From positions 215,400 through 247,399 of the forward strand of contig NZ_FUZT01000003.1 in the NCBI RefSeq assembly GCF_900167445.1: a stretch of DNA of 32,000 nucleotides, in the 5' to 3' direction. Numbering within the stretch: position 1 is the first letter of the stretch; every line of letters begins with the position of its first letter. Source of the DNA: Maledivibacter halophilus. Its GTDB lineage: Bacteria; Bacillota; Clostridia; Peptostreptococcales; Caminicellaceae. The notes under the pieces were generated by a model, which saw nothing but the letters and a program-made list of their open reading frames with translations, was not told the DNA's origin and made no database searches. Below are positions 11,555-21,360 of this stretch, piece after piece. Made by a program: the position numbers and the translations under genes.

Positions 11555-12304
11555 CTAATGCCCTTTTGTCATAAACAATCCTACTATAAAACCCAAAATA
11601 AGACCAATAGTAGATGTTCTTCCTCCATATAATTTGCTAGAATTTGGTATAAGCTCTCCACATGTTATATAAAGCATTGTTCCTCCTGCAAAGGATAAAC
11701 AAAACGCTATAAAAGCTCCTGAAATTTCTCCTAATACTGCTCCTATAAAAGCTCCTATTCCCATAGGCAGTCCCACTAAAAAAGTAGATAATATTGACTT
11801 AAGCCTTGACATTCCTCCTACCCTCATTGGTGCAGCCATAGACATGCCCTCTGGTATATTATGTAACGCTATAACAATAGATATTCCTATTCCAAGCTCT
11901 TTTGTTGCCATAAATCCAGAACCGATTGCCAAGCCTTCGGGAAAATTATGCAATGCCACTCCTAGGCCTATTAATCTTCCCATTTTTAGCAAATTTGTAT
12001 TACTGCTAATCTTGGCTGATCTTCGACTACGAACCAGTTCATCAATGAATATTGTAATTATGACACCTATAATTATTCCTGCCAGCCCTATTAAAAATTT
12101 AGCCCTTTCAAAAGCCTCCGGCAAAAGGTCAAAACAAACTATAGTGAGCATTATCCCTGCTGAAAATCCAAGAATAAGGCTGAGAATCCTGTTGCCCGGC
12201 TTTCCAAGGCTCAGGGCCAACATTCCTCCCAGTCCCGTGCCAATAACTCCAACCAGAAAGCCTGTAAGTGTTATGTGTACAATATTATCCATTAATCCCC
12301 ACAT
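11555..12304 (-). CDS. ZIP family metal transporter
   Basis: 249 aa; GLGVALHNFPEGLAIGSGF and VIALHNIPEGMSMAAPM metal-binding TM motifs. Confidence 0.93.
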   Translation of the reverse strand: MWGLMDNIVHITLTGFLVGVIGTGLGGMLALSLGKPGNRILSLILGFSAGIMLTIVCFDLLPEAFERAKFLIGLAGIIIGVIITIFIDELVRSRRSAKISSNTNLLKMGRLIGLGVALHNFPEGLAIGSGFMATKELGIGISIVIALHNIPEGMSMAAPMRVGGMSRLKSILSTFLVGLPMGIGAFIGAVLGEISGAFIAFCLSFAGGTMLYITCGELIPNSSKLYGGRTSTIGLILGFIVGLFMTKGH

Positions 12305-12375
12305 CCCATATATTAGTTTATTATGCTATCTAATTTATATGAACAAAGGGTGGGATGTATGCTAAGGATGGATAC

Positions 12376-12428
12376 AAGGGGACGGTTCTTCTATACCACT
12401 AAAAATGCCATAGAAGAACCGTCCCCTT
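12376..12428. repeat. REP-like perfect palindrome (19-bp arms, 15-nt loop)
   Basis: AAGGGGACGGTTCTTCTAT (12376-12394) and ATAGAAGAACCGTCCCCTT (12410-12428) are exact reverse complements; intergenic. Confidence 0.85.
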
Positions 12429-12449
12429 ATATCTTCACCTTTTATATTC

Positions 12450-13604
12450 TTATCTTGCAAAACTCCATTTAAGCAGTGATGGTGTTATTAAGGTCGTTAT
12501 TAATACCATCATTATTACCGCTGCCAACTGCTGTCCATTTATTATATCTATAGCCACACCAAGATTTGCTATAATTATAGCCACCTCAGCTCTTGGAATC
12601 ATGCCAATACCTATTTGTAATGCTTTAGTTCCATCAAATCCCGATATTCTAGCTCCAAATCCACAACCTATAATCTTACCTAAAGCCCCTAATATAACAA
12701 GTATAATTCCGATACCAAAGGCACTTATGGCAGATTTAAGGTCAACACCAAGACCTATAGCAACAAAAAATATAGGTGTAAAAATCAAATATGATATTTT
12801 ATGAATTTCATGGGAAATTCTATGTCTATGGCTAGTCATTGAAAAAACTACTCCCGCAAAATAAGCTCCTGTTATAGCAGCCACACCTAGTTCTTCTGAT
12901 AAATATGCCAGGATAAAACAAAATATTATAGCATATCCTACTATAGTATCTTCTATATTTATTTTGCTAGAGATTTTTGACAACAGCTTAATGAGTAGGT
13001 ATCCTATTATAAATGTTATAACAAAAAATATTCCGATTTTAGCTACAACTACAAAAAGACTACTATTTGCTCCAGGCTTTACCAGTCCTATAATTACTGT
13101 TAATAGAATAATACCAACAACATCATCTATGATTGCTGCCCCCAATATACCTATACCCTGTTTACTTCTCATTTGATCTATTTCTCTTAGGGTTTGTACT
13201 GATATACTTACACTTGTTGCGGTAGATATTACTCCCATAAATAAACTAGCTAATAAATTGTCTGTAATAAAATAAATACCTGTAGATACCAACAGAAATG
13301 GAGTTATAACTCCTCCCAAGGCTATTAGGGATGAAGATTTTCCAGAAGCCTTTAGCTCATTTACATCAGTTTCAAGCCCTGCAAGAAACATCAAAAAGAT
13401 TACTCCAATTTCTGCAAGATGACTTATGGTCTCAGTTTTTTCTATTATTCCCATTCCTAAAATAAGCCCTGCTAAAATTTGTCCCAAAACGGCTGGCTGC
13501 TTAAACTTTTTGCTTATAATGCCTCCTATATTTGCTGCTAAAAGTATTACTCCTATATGAAGTAAAAAAGCTAATTTGGATTCCATCTTAAAAACTCCCT
13601 TCAA
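12450..13604 (-). CDS. Cation:proton antiporter (CPA2 / KefB-NapA-like)
   Basis: 384 aa polytopic protein; FLAGLETDVNELKASG, GAAIIDDVVGIILL, ITGAYFAGVVFS. Probable start is the internal Met of MESKLAF. Confidence 0.9.
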   Translation of the reverse strand: MKGVFKMESKLAFLLHIGVILLAANIGGIISKKFKQPAVLGQILAGLILGMGIIEKTETISHLAEIGVIFLMFLAGLETDVNELKASGKSSSLIALGGVITPFLLVSTGIYFITDNLLASLFMGVISTATSVSISVQTLREIDQMRSKQGIGILGAAIIDDVVGIILLTVIIGLVKPGANSSLFVVVAKIGIFFVITFIIGYLLIKLLSKISSKINIEDTIVGYAIIFCFILAYLSEELGVAAITGAYFAGVVFSMTSHRHRISHEIHKISYLIFTPIFFVAIGLGVDLKSAISAFGIGIILVILGALGKIIGCGFGARISGFDGTKALQIGIGMIPRAEVAIIIANLGVAIDIINGQQLAAVIMMVLITTLITPSLLKWSFAR

Positions 13605-13954
13605 TTAATTTTAATTAATTAGAAAGGAGCATTTATGTTTTACATTCATCGCACTTAAGCATTTTCACACCTTCTTTTTAGTCAAGGTTCATTTTCTTAG
13701 TATACTCCTATTAAATAATTTTTTCAATAAATTTCACAAAAATTTAAAGTGTTTTTCTAATTTATAATAGTATACCAGTGTCCAGGGATACTAATACATT
13801 TATACTTGTATTTTATAACTTTAATCTTAGAATTTTTTTAAGCAAACGAGACAATTCTCCTCTATTTTAAAAGTCCTCGTATTTATGCCAGAAGGTGATT
13901 TTCCTTATATAAAAGCTGCGCTAAAGATTCAACTTCAACGCAGCTTATCTATCC

Positions 13955-16900
13955 CTATATCAATCCAGATTTTTGCAATAATCTTCTTATAATCACTGCC
14001 ACCTCAGCTCGGGTAATCTTATCCTTAGGAGCAAGAATACTTATACTTTTTCCCGATAGGATGCCTTGATTTACACAGGTATTAATACTGCTTTTTGCCC
14101 ATGGTGCAGATTGTGCAAAATCAGCATATCCTTCCAACTGGGTAAATTCATCTTTTTGTGATTTTCCTTTGAGCCCAGTGATATTCATTGCTCTGGTCAC
14201 CATGGCCATGGCTTCTTCACGGGTAATAAAGTCCAGTGGCTTGAATCTGCTATTCTCATAACCGTTAATGATATCATACCCATAAGCAGTCTTAATATAA
14301 TCACAATACCAAGAATCTTCTGATACATCTATAAATGGATTAGTTCCTATTCCTGGTTTTAGCCCTAACCCTCTTACCATAATGGCAACAAATTCAGCCC
14401 GGGTAATACTACGATCAGGCTCAAACCGATTGTTTCCCACACCGCCAACAATCATTCTCGAACCCATATCGTTAATAGCCTCCTGAGCCCAGTGGGCTTT
14501 AACATCCTTGAATTTTTGTGGATGATAGATGAGTACATAAGTACTGTCTGTAAAGCTGTTGATTTGAGCATAATATTTGCCATCAGCTTTAATTACTTTA
14601 GTCGGTACATGTCTCACACTGCCATTAGGTTCAACAATTACACCAGTGGTGATCCTATCAATATCTAAGTCTTTTGGAATAGTTATGCTTCTTTTGACAT
14701 AATCGCTATAATTACTAACTTTTATTGTTTTTTTATTATGGCTGCATTGAACTATGAAATCAACTGGAGAAGCAGCAATTGTAAAATCATTACCTTTAGC
14801 TGCCTTTTCTACTGTATTTAACGTATCTCCCTGGAGCTTAGCTATGCTTATTTCTACATCAATATCTTTTAACTTTACATTTTTGCCCAATTGATTGGCC
14901 GCAGTCTCCATATCAATTTGCGCTGCAGGCAGTGTATAAGCCCCATATTCAGTTTTAACTTCAATAACCGCCTGCTCCTTGGCCATATCGTCTAACAACT
15001 CACCATTGAGGATTGCTGTAGAGCAATCGGCTGTTTTATTAAATAAAATGGCGACAACTGTATGCTGTCCTTCTTTTTTAAGTTTTTTCTCTAGCTTTTG
15101 TTTATCAATGGTAATCTTTTGTATTCTCTTCCCATTGTCCCTATCGGTTGTTAGTATACCTGCTTTTTCCTTTTCACCATTTACATAAATTGTCACATAG
15201 TCATCTTTACTTAAACCCCTGCTGCTGTGGCTGGAATGATGATCATCATCACTACTGTCTTCTTCATAAAAGTTTAACAGCTGGAAGCAGCTGAATTTAT
15301 GGATAATAAATTCCATGGCTACCGGCTCGTCATTTTCATACTGAAACATACCACTTAGCAATTCGGTGGTGCCGTCGCTATGTTCAATAAAGATATGCAT
15401 GGAATCCAAAAATTCTTGTTGATCTTTATCTGGTATGTCAATTCCCCTTAAGGGAATTGATACTCTGGTACTGGAGCCCCTAAAGTTTGTTTCAATTCTT
15501 CTGGGAATGCTCAGGACATTTATTGGCCTACCATCTGCAGCTTTTACAACTGTCATATTTGTAGCAATGTTGTTTTTAACCTCATCTTGTTCTTCTTTAT
15601 CTTTTACAGATACCATTCTAAAGAAAAGATCACTACCCCTTTCAGCCACATCTTGTAGTTCCTGGTAATCAATATTAACTGAGCCTTCATTTGTTTGAAT
15701 GTGGAGTCCAGAATTTTTGTCTGCCATAGCTTCTAAGAATGCAGCTGGCACTTCCACTACCTGTTCGTCTGCCGGTTCTGTTTCTGACTGTGGTATTTCT
15801 ATCATAATTGTCCGCTGTTTTTCATCGGCTTTATCTGGATTAATCCCATCGATTAAATGTGCAAGTTTGTCTTGATTCAAGATTACGGTGTCAATTTTAC
15901 TGCCGTTATTGAGGTTAGTTCTTAAGATTCCAACATTGTCTTTATTCTCCGTACCTTCCTGGCCCACTTGCACATTGGCTTCTCTAGATGTAGTTTGTCG
16001 CATATCACTATCATCAATGCTCACCGCCTCATTTCTTACCACGAGGAGGAATGTTTTAGTGATTGTATACTCACCGAGGCTGATCTCGGCGGTCAAAATA
16101 GCCTTAGCATCTGCTGTTTTCGGACGAATAACGCTTCCTACAGTTTCACCATTTTGCTTTGTAATCTGTATAATACCTGAGTTATTAGATGTCCAATTGA
16201 TGGTAGTTCCATACAACCCTTCATCCAATAATGTAAATGAAGATGTAACACATTCCCAGTTGTCTCCGTGTTCAAAGGTAAAGGCTTTGGCTATACTCAG
16301 ATCACGTGCAGCGTCCTGTATGCTATCTTTGGCTGTCTTTTTAAGAAGTCTTACAGTAAATATTTTGGTTTTTTGTGCTCCGCTTATCTCATGGGTGATG
16401 GTGGCAGTTAGTGTTACTGTAAGGTCTGCCTCATCGGCTGTAGGCCGCGTTACTCTACCTGTAGTTGTAATGCCCTCATCACTAGATGTCCAATTAATAA
16501 TGGTATGTCCTGATTTACCTACTTTTGGCAGATACAGATTTCTTGTTACATGCTTAGCATGATCTCCCGAGGCATATCCAATAGCTAGGGCTTCATAGTC
16601 TTCACGCAGATCCAATTCCGGGGATTTTGGTTTAACTATTACTTTCACCCTTGCCCTATGCTCATCTGTATTAGCAATTCCTTCGAGCAAGACCAATGTG
16701 CCTTCAAATTCATAAGTATCCCCTTTATTGGCATCATATTCCGGTGTTCCTTTATCCCAGTTAACAGCTAGATTCTGCCTTGTCTCGTCTGCTAATGTTA
16801 CCTGAACTGCTGCTGGCAGGCCAATATCCTTTAATGCTGTGCCATAGGGTACATCCACATTTTCTATTGCTTCGATATCTATAATTTCCTGAGCCTGTGC

Positions 16901-19900
16901 ACCTTTTTCTAGCACTGTGACACTGATCTTTGCTTTATGTTCAGCTGTGTTGCTGATATATTCTTCTAAAACCAGGCTTCCTGTGAATTGATAAACACCT
17001 GGTGTATCACTATGGTAAGTGGAGCTTTCCATATCCCAATTCACACTCAGGTTTGTGACCGAATAATCATCCAAAGTAACTTGAACCCTTTTGGGCAGCT
17101 TGAGTTCATCAAGTGGTGTGCCATAAGGAACGTTAATATCTGCTGTTGCTTTTACATCTGTAATTTCTTTGTTAACCGGTATTGATTCAGATACGGTTAC
17201 AGCAATGGTTTTGTTTTTTGCAGTTCCATGGACTTTATTGATGTTAACAACTACATTATCGGTTATTTCTTCTTCTGTATATGTAATATCTCCATTATTA
17301 TCCACATTGTAATTTGCCGATTCTAAGCTCAAGGTAACACCGGTTGCACCCATGCCAGGGATATCATTTAAGTATGTCAACAAATTAGCATGGGTTCCTT
17401 CGATGGCTGTAAAGCTTGAGGGTAATAATCCTCTGGCTTTAGTGATGGCTGCATTGGCTAACTCTTCGGGAGTTGGTTTAGGGGGAGGAGTTTGCTTTTT
17501 TAAAACAATTACCTTTACAGCTGCTTTATGATTATTTGTATTGACAATTCCTTCTTCTAATAAGATTAGTGTTCCTGTGAAAATATAATCTCCTGGATTA
17601 TTGCCCTTATATTCCGGTTGTCCACCATCCCAGTTTACAGCCAAGCTTGTAATGGAACTATTTTCCAAGGTAACTTTAACGGTTATCGGTAACTCTATTT
17701 CATTAAGTTCAGTGCCATAATTCACTTTGATGTCTGCTATATTTTTCACAGAGCTTATGGGAAGCGGTTCTGTACCTGCCGAAGGAACCCCACTGCCATC
17801 ACCTATCTCTACCAAAACTGGATAACCACTGTTTTTGTCATCATCTTTGCCCCATTTTGCCAGTGTAATACCACTAGGTATCCCTGTAATGTCACTTAAA
17901 TTTTTATTGAGACTTTGGGCAAAATAATATGTTTGCATCTCAGATGCTTCCATTCCAAAAATATTATCGTAGTAGTATCCGCCGCTACCGATACCTTTCT
18001 CAGCTGCACCTATTCTCCAATATCCATTTGTTAATATACTCCCATCATATAAATCTCCTACTAAACCTCCAACATAAGTTCCAGCTCCACCTTCTATATT
18101 TCCTGCAGCATAACTGTTCGCTATTGTTCCAAACAGATTAAACCCTACCAGACCTCCAACAGCATGATCCTCACCTTCTACATTTCCCATAGCATAACTA
18201 TTGGCTATTGTACCACTCTCATTAAACCCCACCAGACCTCCAACAGCATAATCCCCTTCTACATTTCCCGTAGCATAACTGTTGGCTATTGTATCAAATT
18301 TATTAACCCCTACCAGACCTCCAGCAGCATAATCCCCTTCTACATCTCCTGCAGCATAACTGTTCTCTATTGTACCAGCATTAAATCCTACCAGACCACC
18401 AATACTATTCTCTCCTTCTACATTTCCTGTAGCATAACTGTTCTTTATTGTACTATCCAGATTAACCCCTATCAAACCTCCAGCATCAGCATTTGCTTTC
18501 GCTGAATATATGGCACAATTTTCAACACCAACATTCTGTATTGCTGCTTTCTCGGCATATCCAAACAAACCAACATATCGAAAAGTTGTATCTTTATCTT
18601 CCTTCGTACCGATTTTTACATTAAAGATGATATTGCCTTTTCCGTCAAAAACTCCCCTGAATATCTTCCTATAATAGGAATTTTCAGAAGTTCCAATTGG
18701 TGTCCAGTAATACTCTGCCAGATCAATGTCATCAGCAAGCTCTACTGTTTTATCTTTAAAACTGTTTCCCTGATTGTTCACCTGATCGGCAACCCAGGCT
18801 AAGCCTAGTGCTGTATTGATTATATAAGTATCATCATTTACACTGTAGTCAGTATCCTCTTTCGCATTTCCAGCCACATCAGCCCAGTTGGTAATCTCCC
18901 CAGCTGCTATATCATCTGATGTGAGCTGATCTTGATAGAATTTGACCACATTATCATTTTCATCCACATCATAAACCTGCAAATATTTATCTGGGTCTAT
19001 ACCTTCCGTAATATCATCTCCAGATATGTAGTCATCTATTAAGTTATCTCCACTTGTAGGCCCTTCATCTCCAACCTTAGGGGTCGCCACGGAATCTGAG
19101 GTGATATTAACTACAAACTTCGCAGTGGCATCTCCTGTAACCGATGCTTTGGTTGAACCGACTTCCATTCCAGGCGATACATCAACATCCAATGCTGGAG
19201 CTTCTGTGGTCTCTTTTTCTATAGTCACATTGCTTGTATCTTCTGTTGTTGTCTTATTTCCTGCATTATCAACTGCAGTTACAGAAACATTTTTATTTGT
19301 TCCTTCTGTTACTCCTGAATCTATTGTATAGGCTGCTGTCCATATACTACTGCTTTCCGATGCTTCTACTGCATCTCCACCACCAAATTCACTGAAATCC
19401 ACTGTGACACTGCTTATGTCACTATTGTTATCTCCAGATTCTGTATCGTCCCATTCTGCGGTTACGGTGTCTCCTACTTTAAAAACACTGTCCCTTCCCG
19501 CTGCTCCACTTAGGGATATATATTCATCTGTTACTATTGGATTTATCCTGTCTACAACCAATTTTCCAGCATAATCCATTGCAGCTGTTCCGCCATTACC
19601 ATCATCTGCTGTAAACGTTACATCCTCATATGTACCTTCTGCAATATTTAAATCATCTATATCCCAGGTTAATGTCCACTTTTCACTTCCACCTTCTACT
19701 GTATCAGTTGCCTCATTTCCATCAATAGTAGCTGATACAGTCACGTCATTATCTGCATCTGAAATTGTACCAGAAATAGAAATATCCTCATTATTTCCAT
19801 AAGTTAAATTGATATCATGATTTGTAATAGAAATAGAAAGTGCACTACCTCCACTGATACCACTCCCCACTTTTGCTTCGTCAGCACTTACCGTCAGCGT

Positions 19901-19969
19901 CAGTATGGTGAGCATCATCACAAGTATCAGTAATATTACAATTTGCTTTTTACATATGTTTTTGTTCAT
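13955..19969 (-). CDS. Giant secreted/S-layer surface protein: signal peptide, Ig-like regions, GLUG repeats, three Ig-like repeats, two bacterial-Ig-like segments, three C-terminal SLH domains
   Basis: 2004 aa. N-term MNKNICKKQIVILLILVMMLTILTLTVSADEA; SYATGNVEG/GGLVGFN repeats; repeated VPYGT...VNWD...GDYxFxGTL modules; C-term FKDVKAHWAQEAIN / FIDVSEDSWYCDYIKTAY / ITRAEVAVIIRRLL SLH motifs. Confidence 0.95.
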   Translation of the reverse strand: MNKNICKKQIVILLILVMMLTILTLTVSADEAKVGSGISGGSALSISITNHDINLTYGNNEDISISGTISDADNDVTVSATIDGNEATDTVEGGSEKWTLTWDIDDLNIAEGTYEDVTFTADDGNGGTAAMDYAGKLVVDRINPIVTDEYISLSGAAGRDSVFKVGDTVTAEWDDTESGDNNSDISSVTVDFSEFGGGDAVEASESSSIWTAAYTIDSGVTEGTNKNVSVTAVDNAGNKTTTEDTSNVTIEKETTEAPALDVDVSPGMEVGSTKASVTGDATAKFVVNITSDSVATPKVGDEGPTSGDNLIDDYISGDDITEGIDPDKYLQVYDVDENDNVVKFYQDQLTSDDIAAGEITNWADVAGNAKEDTDYSVNDDTYIINTALGLAWVADQVNNQGNSFKDKTVELADDIDLAEYYWTPIGTSENSYYRKIFRGVFDGKGNIIFNVKIGTKEDKDTTFRYVGLFGYAEKAAIQNVGVENCAIYSAKANADAGGLIGVNLDSTIKNSYATGNVEGENSIGGLVGFNAGTIENSYAAGDVEGDYAAGGLVGVNKFDTIANSYATGNVEGDYAVGGLVGFNESGTIANSYAMGNVEGEDHAVGGLVGFNLFGTIANSYAAGNIEGGAGTYVGGLVGDLYDGSILTNGYWRIGAAEKGIGSGGYYYDNIFGMEASEMQTYYFAQSLNKNLSDITGIPSGITLAKWGKDDDKNSGYPVLVEIGDGSGVPSAGTEPLPISSVKNIADIKVNYGTELNEIELPITVKVTLENSSITSLAVNWDGGQPEYKGNNPGDYIFTGTLILLEEGIVNTNNHKAAVKVIVLKKQTPPPKPTPEELANAAITKARGLLPSSFTAIEGTHANLLTYLNDIPGMGATGVTLSLESANYNVDNNGDITYTEEEITDNVVVNINKVHGTAKNKTIAVTVSESIPVNKEITDVKATADINVPYGTPLDELKLPKRVQVTLDDYSVTNLSVNWDMESSTYHSDTPGVYQFTGSLVLEEYISNTAEHKAKISVTVLEKGAQAQEIIDIEAIENVDVPYGTALKDIGLPAAVQVTLADETRQNLAVNWDKGTPEYDANKGDTYEFEGTLVLLEGIANTDEHRARVKVIVKPKSPELDLREDYEALAIGYASGDHAKHVTRNLYLPKVGKSGHTIINWTSSDEGITTTGRVTRPTADEADLTVTLTATITHEISGAQKTKIFTVRLLKKTAKDSIQDAARDLSIAKAFTFEHGDNWECVTSSFTLLDEGLYGTTINWTSNNSGIIQITKQNGETVGSVIRPKTADAKAILTAEISLGEYTITKTFLLVVRNEAVSIDDSDMRQTTSREANVQVGQEGTENKDNVGILRTNLNNGSKIDTVILNQDKLAHLIDGINPDKADEKQRTIMIEIPQSETEPADEQVVEVPAAFLEAMADKNSGLHIQTNEGSVNIDYQELQDVAERGSDLFFRMVSVKDKEEQDEVKNNIATNMTVVKAADGRPINVLSIPRRIETNFRGSSTRVSIPLRGIDIPDKDQQEFLDSMHIFIEHSDGTTELLSGMFQYENDEPVAMEFIIHKFSCFQLLNFYEEDSSDDDHHSSHSSRGLSKDDYVTIYVNGEKEKAGILTTDRDNGKRIQKITIDKQKLEKKLKKEGQHTVVAILFNKTADCSTAILNGELLDDMAKEQAVIEVKTEYGAYTLPAAQIDMETAANQLGKNVKLKDIDVEISIAKLQGDTLNTVEKAAKGNDFTIAASPVDFIVQCSHNKKTIKVSNYSDYVKRSITIPKDLDIDRITTGVIVEPNGSVRHVPTKVIKADGKYYAQINSFTDSTYVLIYHPQKFKDVKAHWAQEAINDMGSRMIVGGVGNNRFEPDRSITRAEFVAIMVRGLGLKPGIGTNPFIDVSEDSWYCDYIKTAYGYDIINGYENSRFKPLDFITREEAMAMVTRAMNITGLKGKSQKDEFTQLEGYADFAQSAPWAKSSINTCVNQGILSGKSISILAPKDKITRAEVAVIIRRLLQKSGLI
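16630..17765 (-). repeat. Three divergent copies of an Ig-like (Big_4-like) module
   Basis: IADIKVNYGTELNEIELPITVKVTL...LAVNWD; TADINVPYGTPLDELKLPKRVQVTL...LSVNWD; IENVDVPYGTALKDIGLPAAVQVTL...LAVNWD. Boundaries approximate. Confidence 0.8.
18030..18530 (-). repeat. Tandem GLUG-type coding repeats within the giant protein
   Basis: At least five units of about 26-28 aa, e.g. SYATGNVEGENSIGGLVGFNAGTIEN / SYAAGDVEGDYAAGGLVGVNKFDTIAN / SYATGNVEGDYAVGGLVGFNESGTIAN / SYAMGNVEGEDHAVGGLVGFNLFGTIAN. Boundaries approximate. Confidence 0.88.
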
Positions 19970-20123
19970 TTTATATCCCCCTCTCTATTACTCTTTAACT
20001 TCTACAAACAGCTTCGTCATATTCATAACATAAGTTACCTGATTTAACCATATAAAATCATAATAGCATCTATTTCCAAAAAGTAAATTATCCTTTAGGA
20101 TAATTTTAGAAAAAAGGGGAGTA

Positions 20124-20189
20124 AAAAACCAGGGGAACGGTTCTCATGGTTTAGAATTGCCAACCACAAAAATCGTCCCCCTGGTTTTT
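20124..20189. repeat. REP-like palindrome / terminator-like hairpin related to 12376-12428
   Basis: AAAAACCAGGGGAACG (20124-20139) pairs with CGTCCCCCTGGTTTTT (20174-20189) with one mismatch; contains GGGGAACGGTTCT, close to GGGGACGGTTCT; T-runs on both strands. Confidence 0.75.
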
Positions 20190-20228
20190 GTATTAAACTA
20201 AGGAACTCCTTGGTTTAGGGTTTTACAT

Positions 20229-21296
20229 TTAACTCAATTTCTTCAATTTTTCAGCTTGATCAGTAGTAATTAATGCATCAACTATTTCATCAATCTCACC
20301 ATCTAAAAATTGATGAAGCTTATATATTGTTAATGTTATTCTATGATCGGTTACACGACCTTGAGGATAATTATAGGTTCTAATTTTTTCACTTCTTTCT
20401 CCCGTACCAACCTGACTCTTTCTAGCCTCGGCAATTTCTGCATTTTGTTCAGCCATAACAGTATCATAAAGCCTTGCCTTTAAAACCTTCATTGCCTTTT
20501 CTTTGTTTTTCAATTGTGATTTTTCATCCTGACATGTAACAACCATTCCAGTAGGTATATGGGTTATTCTTACAGCCGAATCAGTAGTATTAACACTTTG
20601 TCCTCCATTACCAGAGGATCTAAAAACATCGATTCTTAAATCATTTTGATTAATATCCACCTCTACATCATCCACTTCTGGAAGCACCGCAACAGTAGCA
20701 GTGGAAGTATGGATTCGTCCTCCCGATTCAGTAGAAGGTATTCTTTGAACCCTATGGACGCCACTTTCATATTTGAGCCTTGAATATGCTCCTTTACCCT
20801 TTATCATAAATATTACTTCCTTTATTCCTCCTACACCAGTTTCATTACTACTCATCATTTCTGTTTTCCAATTATTTCTTTCGGCGTATCTTGTATATAG
20901 TCTCAGCAGCTCAGCAGCAAACAGTCCAGCTTCATCGCCTCCTGCTCCTGCCCTTATCTCTACAATAACGTTCTTTTCATCATTTGGATCCTTTGGTATT
21001 AGAAGTAGCTTTAGCTCTTCTTCCAAGGGTTCTACCCTTTCTTCTAATTCCTCTAATTCCATTTTAGCCATTTCTCTTAATTCATCATCTTTACTTTCCT
21101 TTAAAATTTCTCTGGCTTCTTCAATCCCAGACTTAACCTCCTTATACTCCATATATTTATCAACAATAGGCTTTAATGAAGCATGTTCTTTAATATACTT
21201 TTGCCACACAGTCTGGTCGCTAATTACCTCCGGATCAGATATTTTTTTACTTAAATCCTCATATTTTTCTTCTATAAAATTTAATTTTTCAAACAT
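20229..21296 (-). CDS. prfA: Peptide chain release factor 1
   Basis: 355 aa; [42 protein letters not shown]. Confidence 0.98.
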   Translation of the reverse strand: MFEKLNFIEEKYEDLSKKISDPEVISDQTVWQKYIKEHASLKPIVDKYMEYKEVKSGIEEAREILKESKDDELREMAKMELEELEERVEPLEEELKLLLIPKDPNDEKNVIVEIRAGAGGDEAGLFAAELLRLYTRYAERNNWKTEMMSSNETGVGGIKEVIFMIKGKGAYSRLKYESGVHRVQRIPSTESGGRIHTSTATVAVLPEVDDVEVDINQNDLRIDVFRSSGNGGQSVNTTDSAVRITHIPTGMVVTCQDEKSQLKNKEKAMKVLKARLYDTVMAEQNAEIAEARKSQVGTGERSEKIRTYNYPQGRVTDHRITLTIYKLHQFLDGEIDEIVDALITTDQAEKLKKLS

Positions 21297-21360
21297 AATA
21301 TCACCCCATTTTTAAGTTCTAAGTTCCAGGTTCTAAGTTAGTAAGCTTTGAACTTACCAC

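Noticed and set aside
11844-12365. 173-aa plus-strand ORF opposite the ZIP transporter
   Set aside because: Antisense to clear ZIP motifs; a shadow of the membrane protein codon pattern.
12376-12428. Calling the perfect palindrome a Rho-independent terminator
   Set aside because: No T-run follows on either strand, and the related sequence at 20124-20189 shares the core, so a repeat element is more likely.
15888-16562. 224-aa plus-strand ORF inside the giant surface gene
   Set aside because: Antisense shadow ORF with hydrophobic, low-information sequence. The minus strand encodes recognisable Ig-like modules there.
18164-18505. Plus-strand ORF with tandem YISRSITVGY repeats, and the thought that the repeats might be CRISPR-like
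   Set aside because: The periodicity comes from the GLUG coding repeats on the minus strand. Units are contiguous and diverged at protein level, with no repeat-spacer structure.
20773-21315. 180-aa plus-strand ORF opposite prfA
   Set aside because: Ser/Leu-rich antisense translation of a highly conserved prfA coding region; no independent support.
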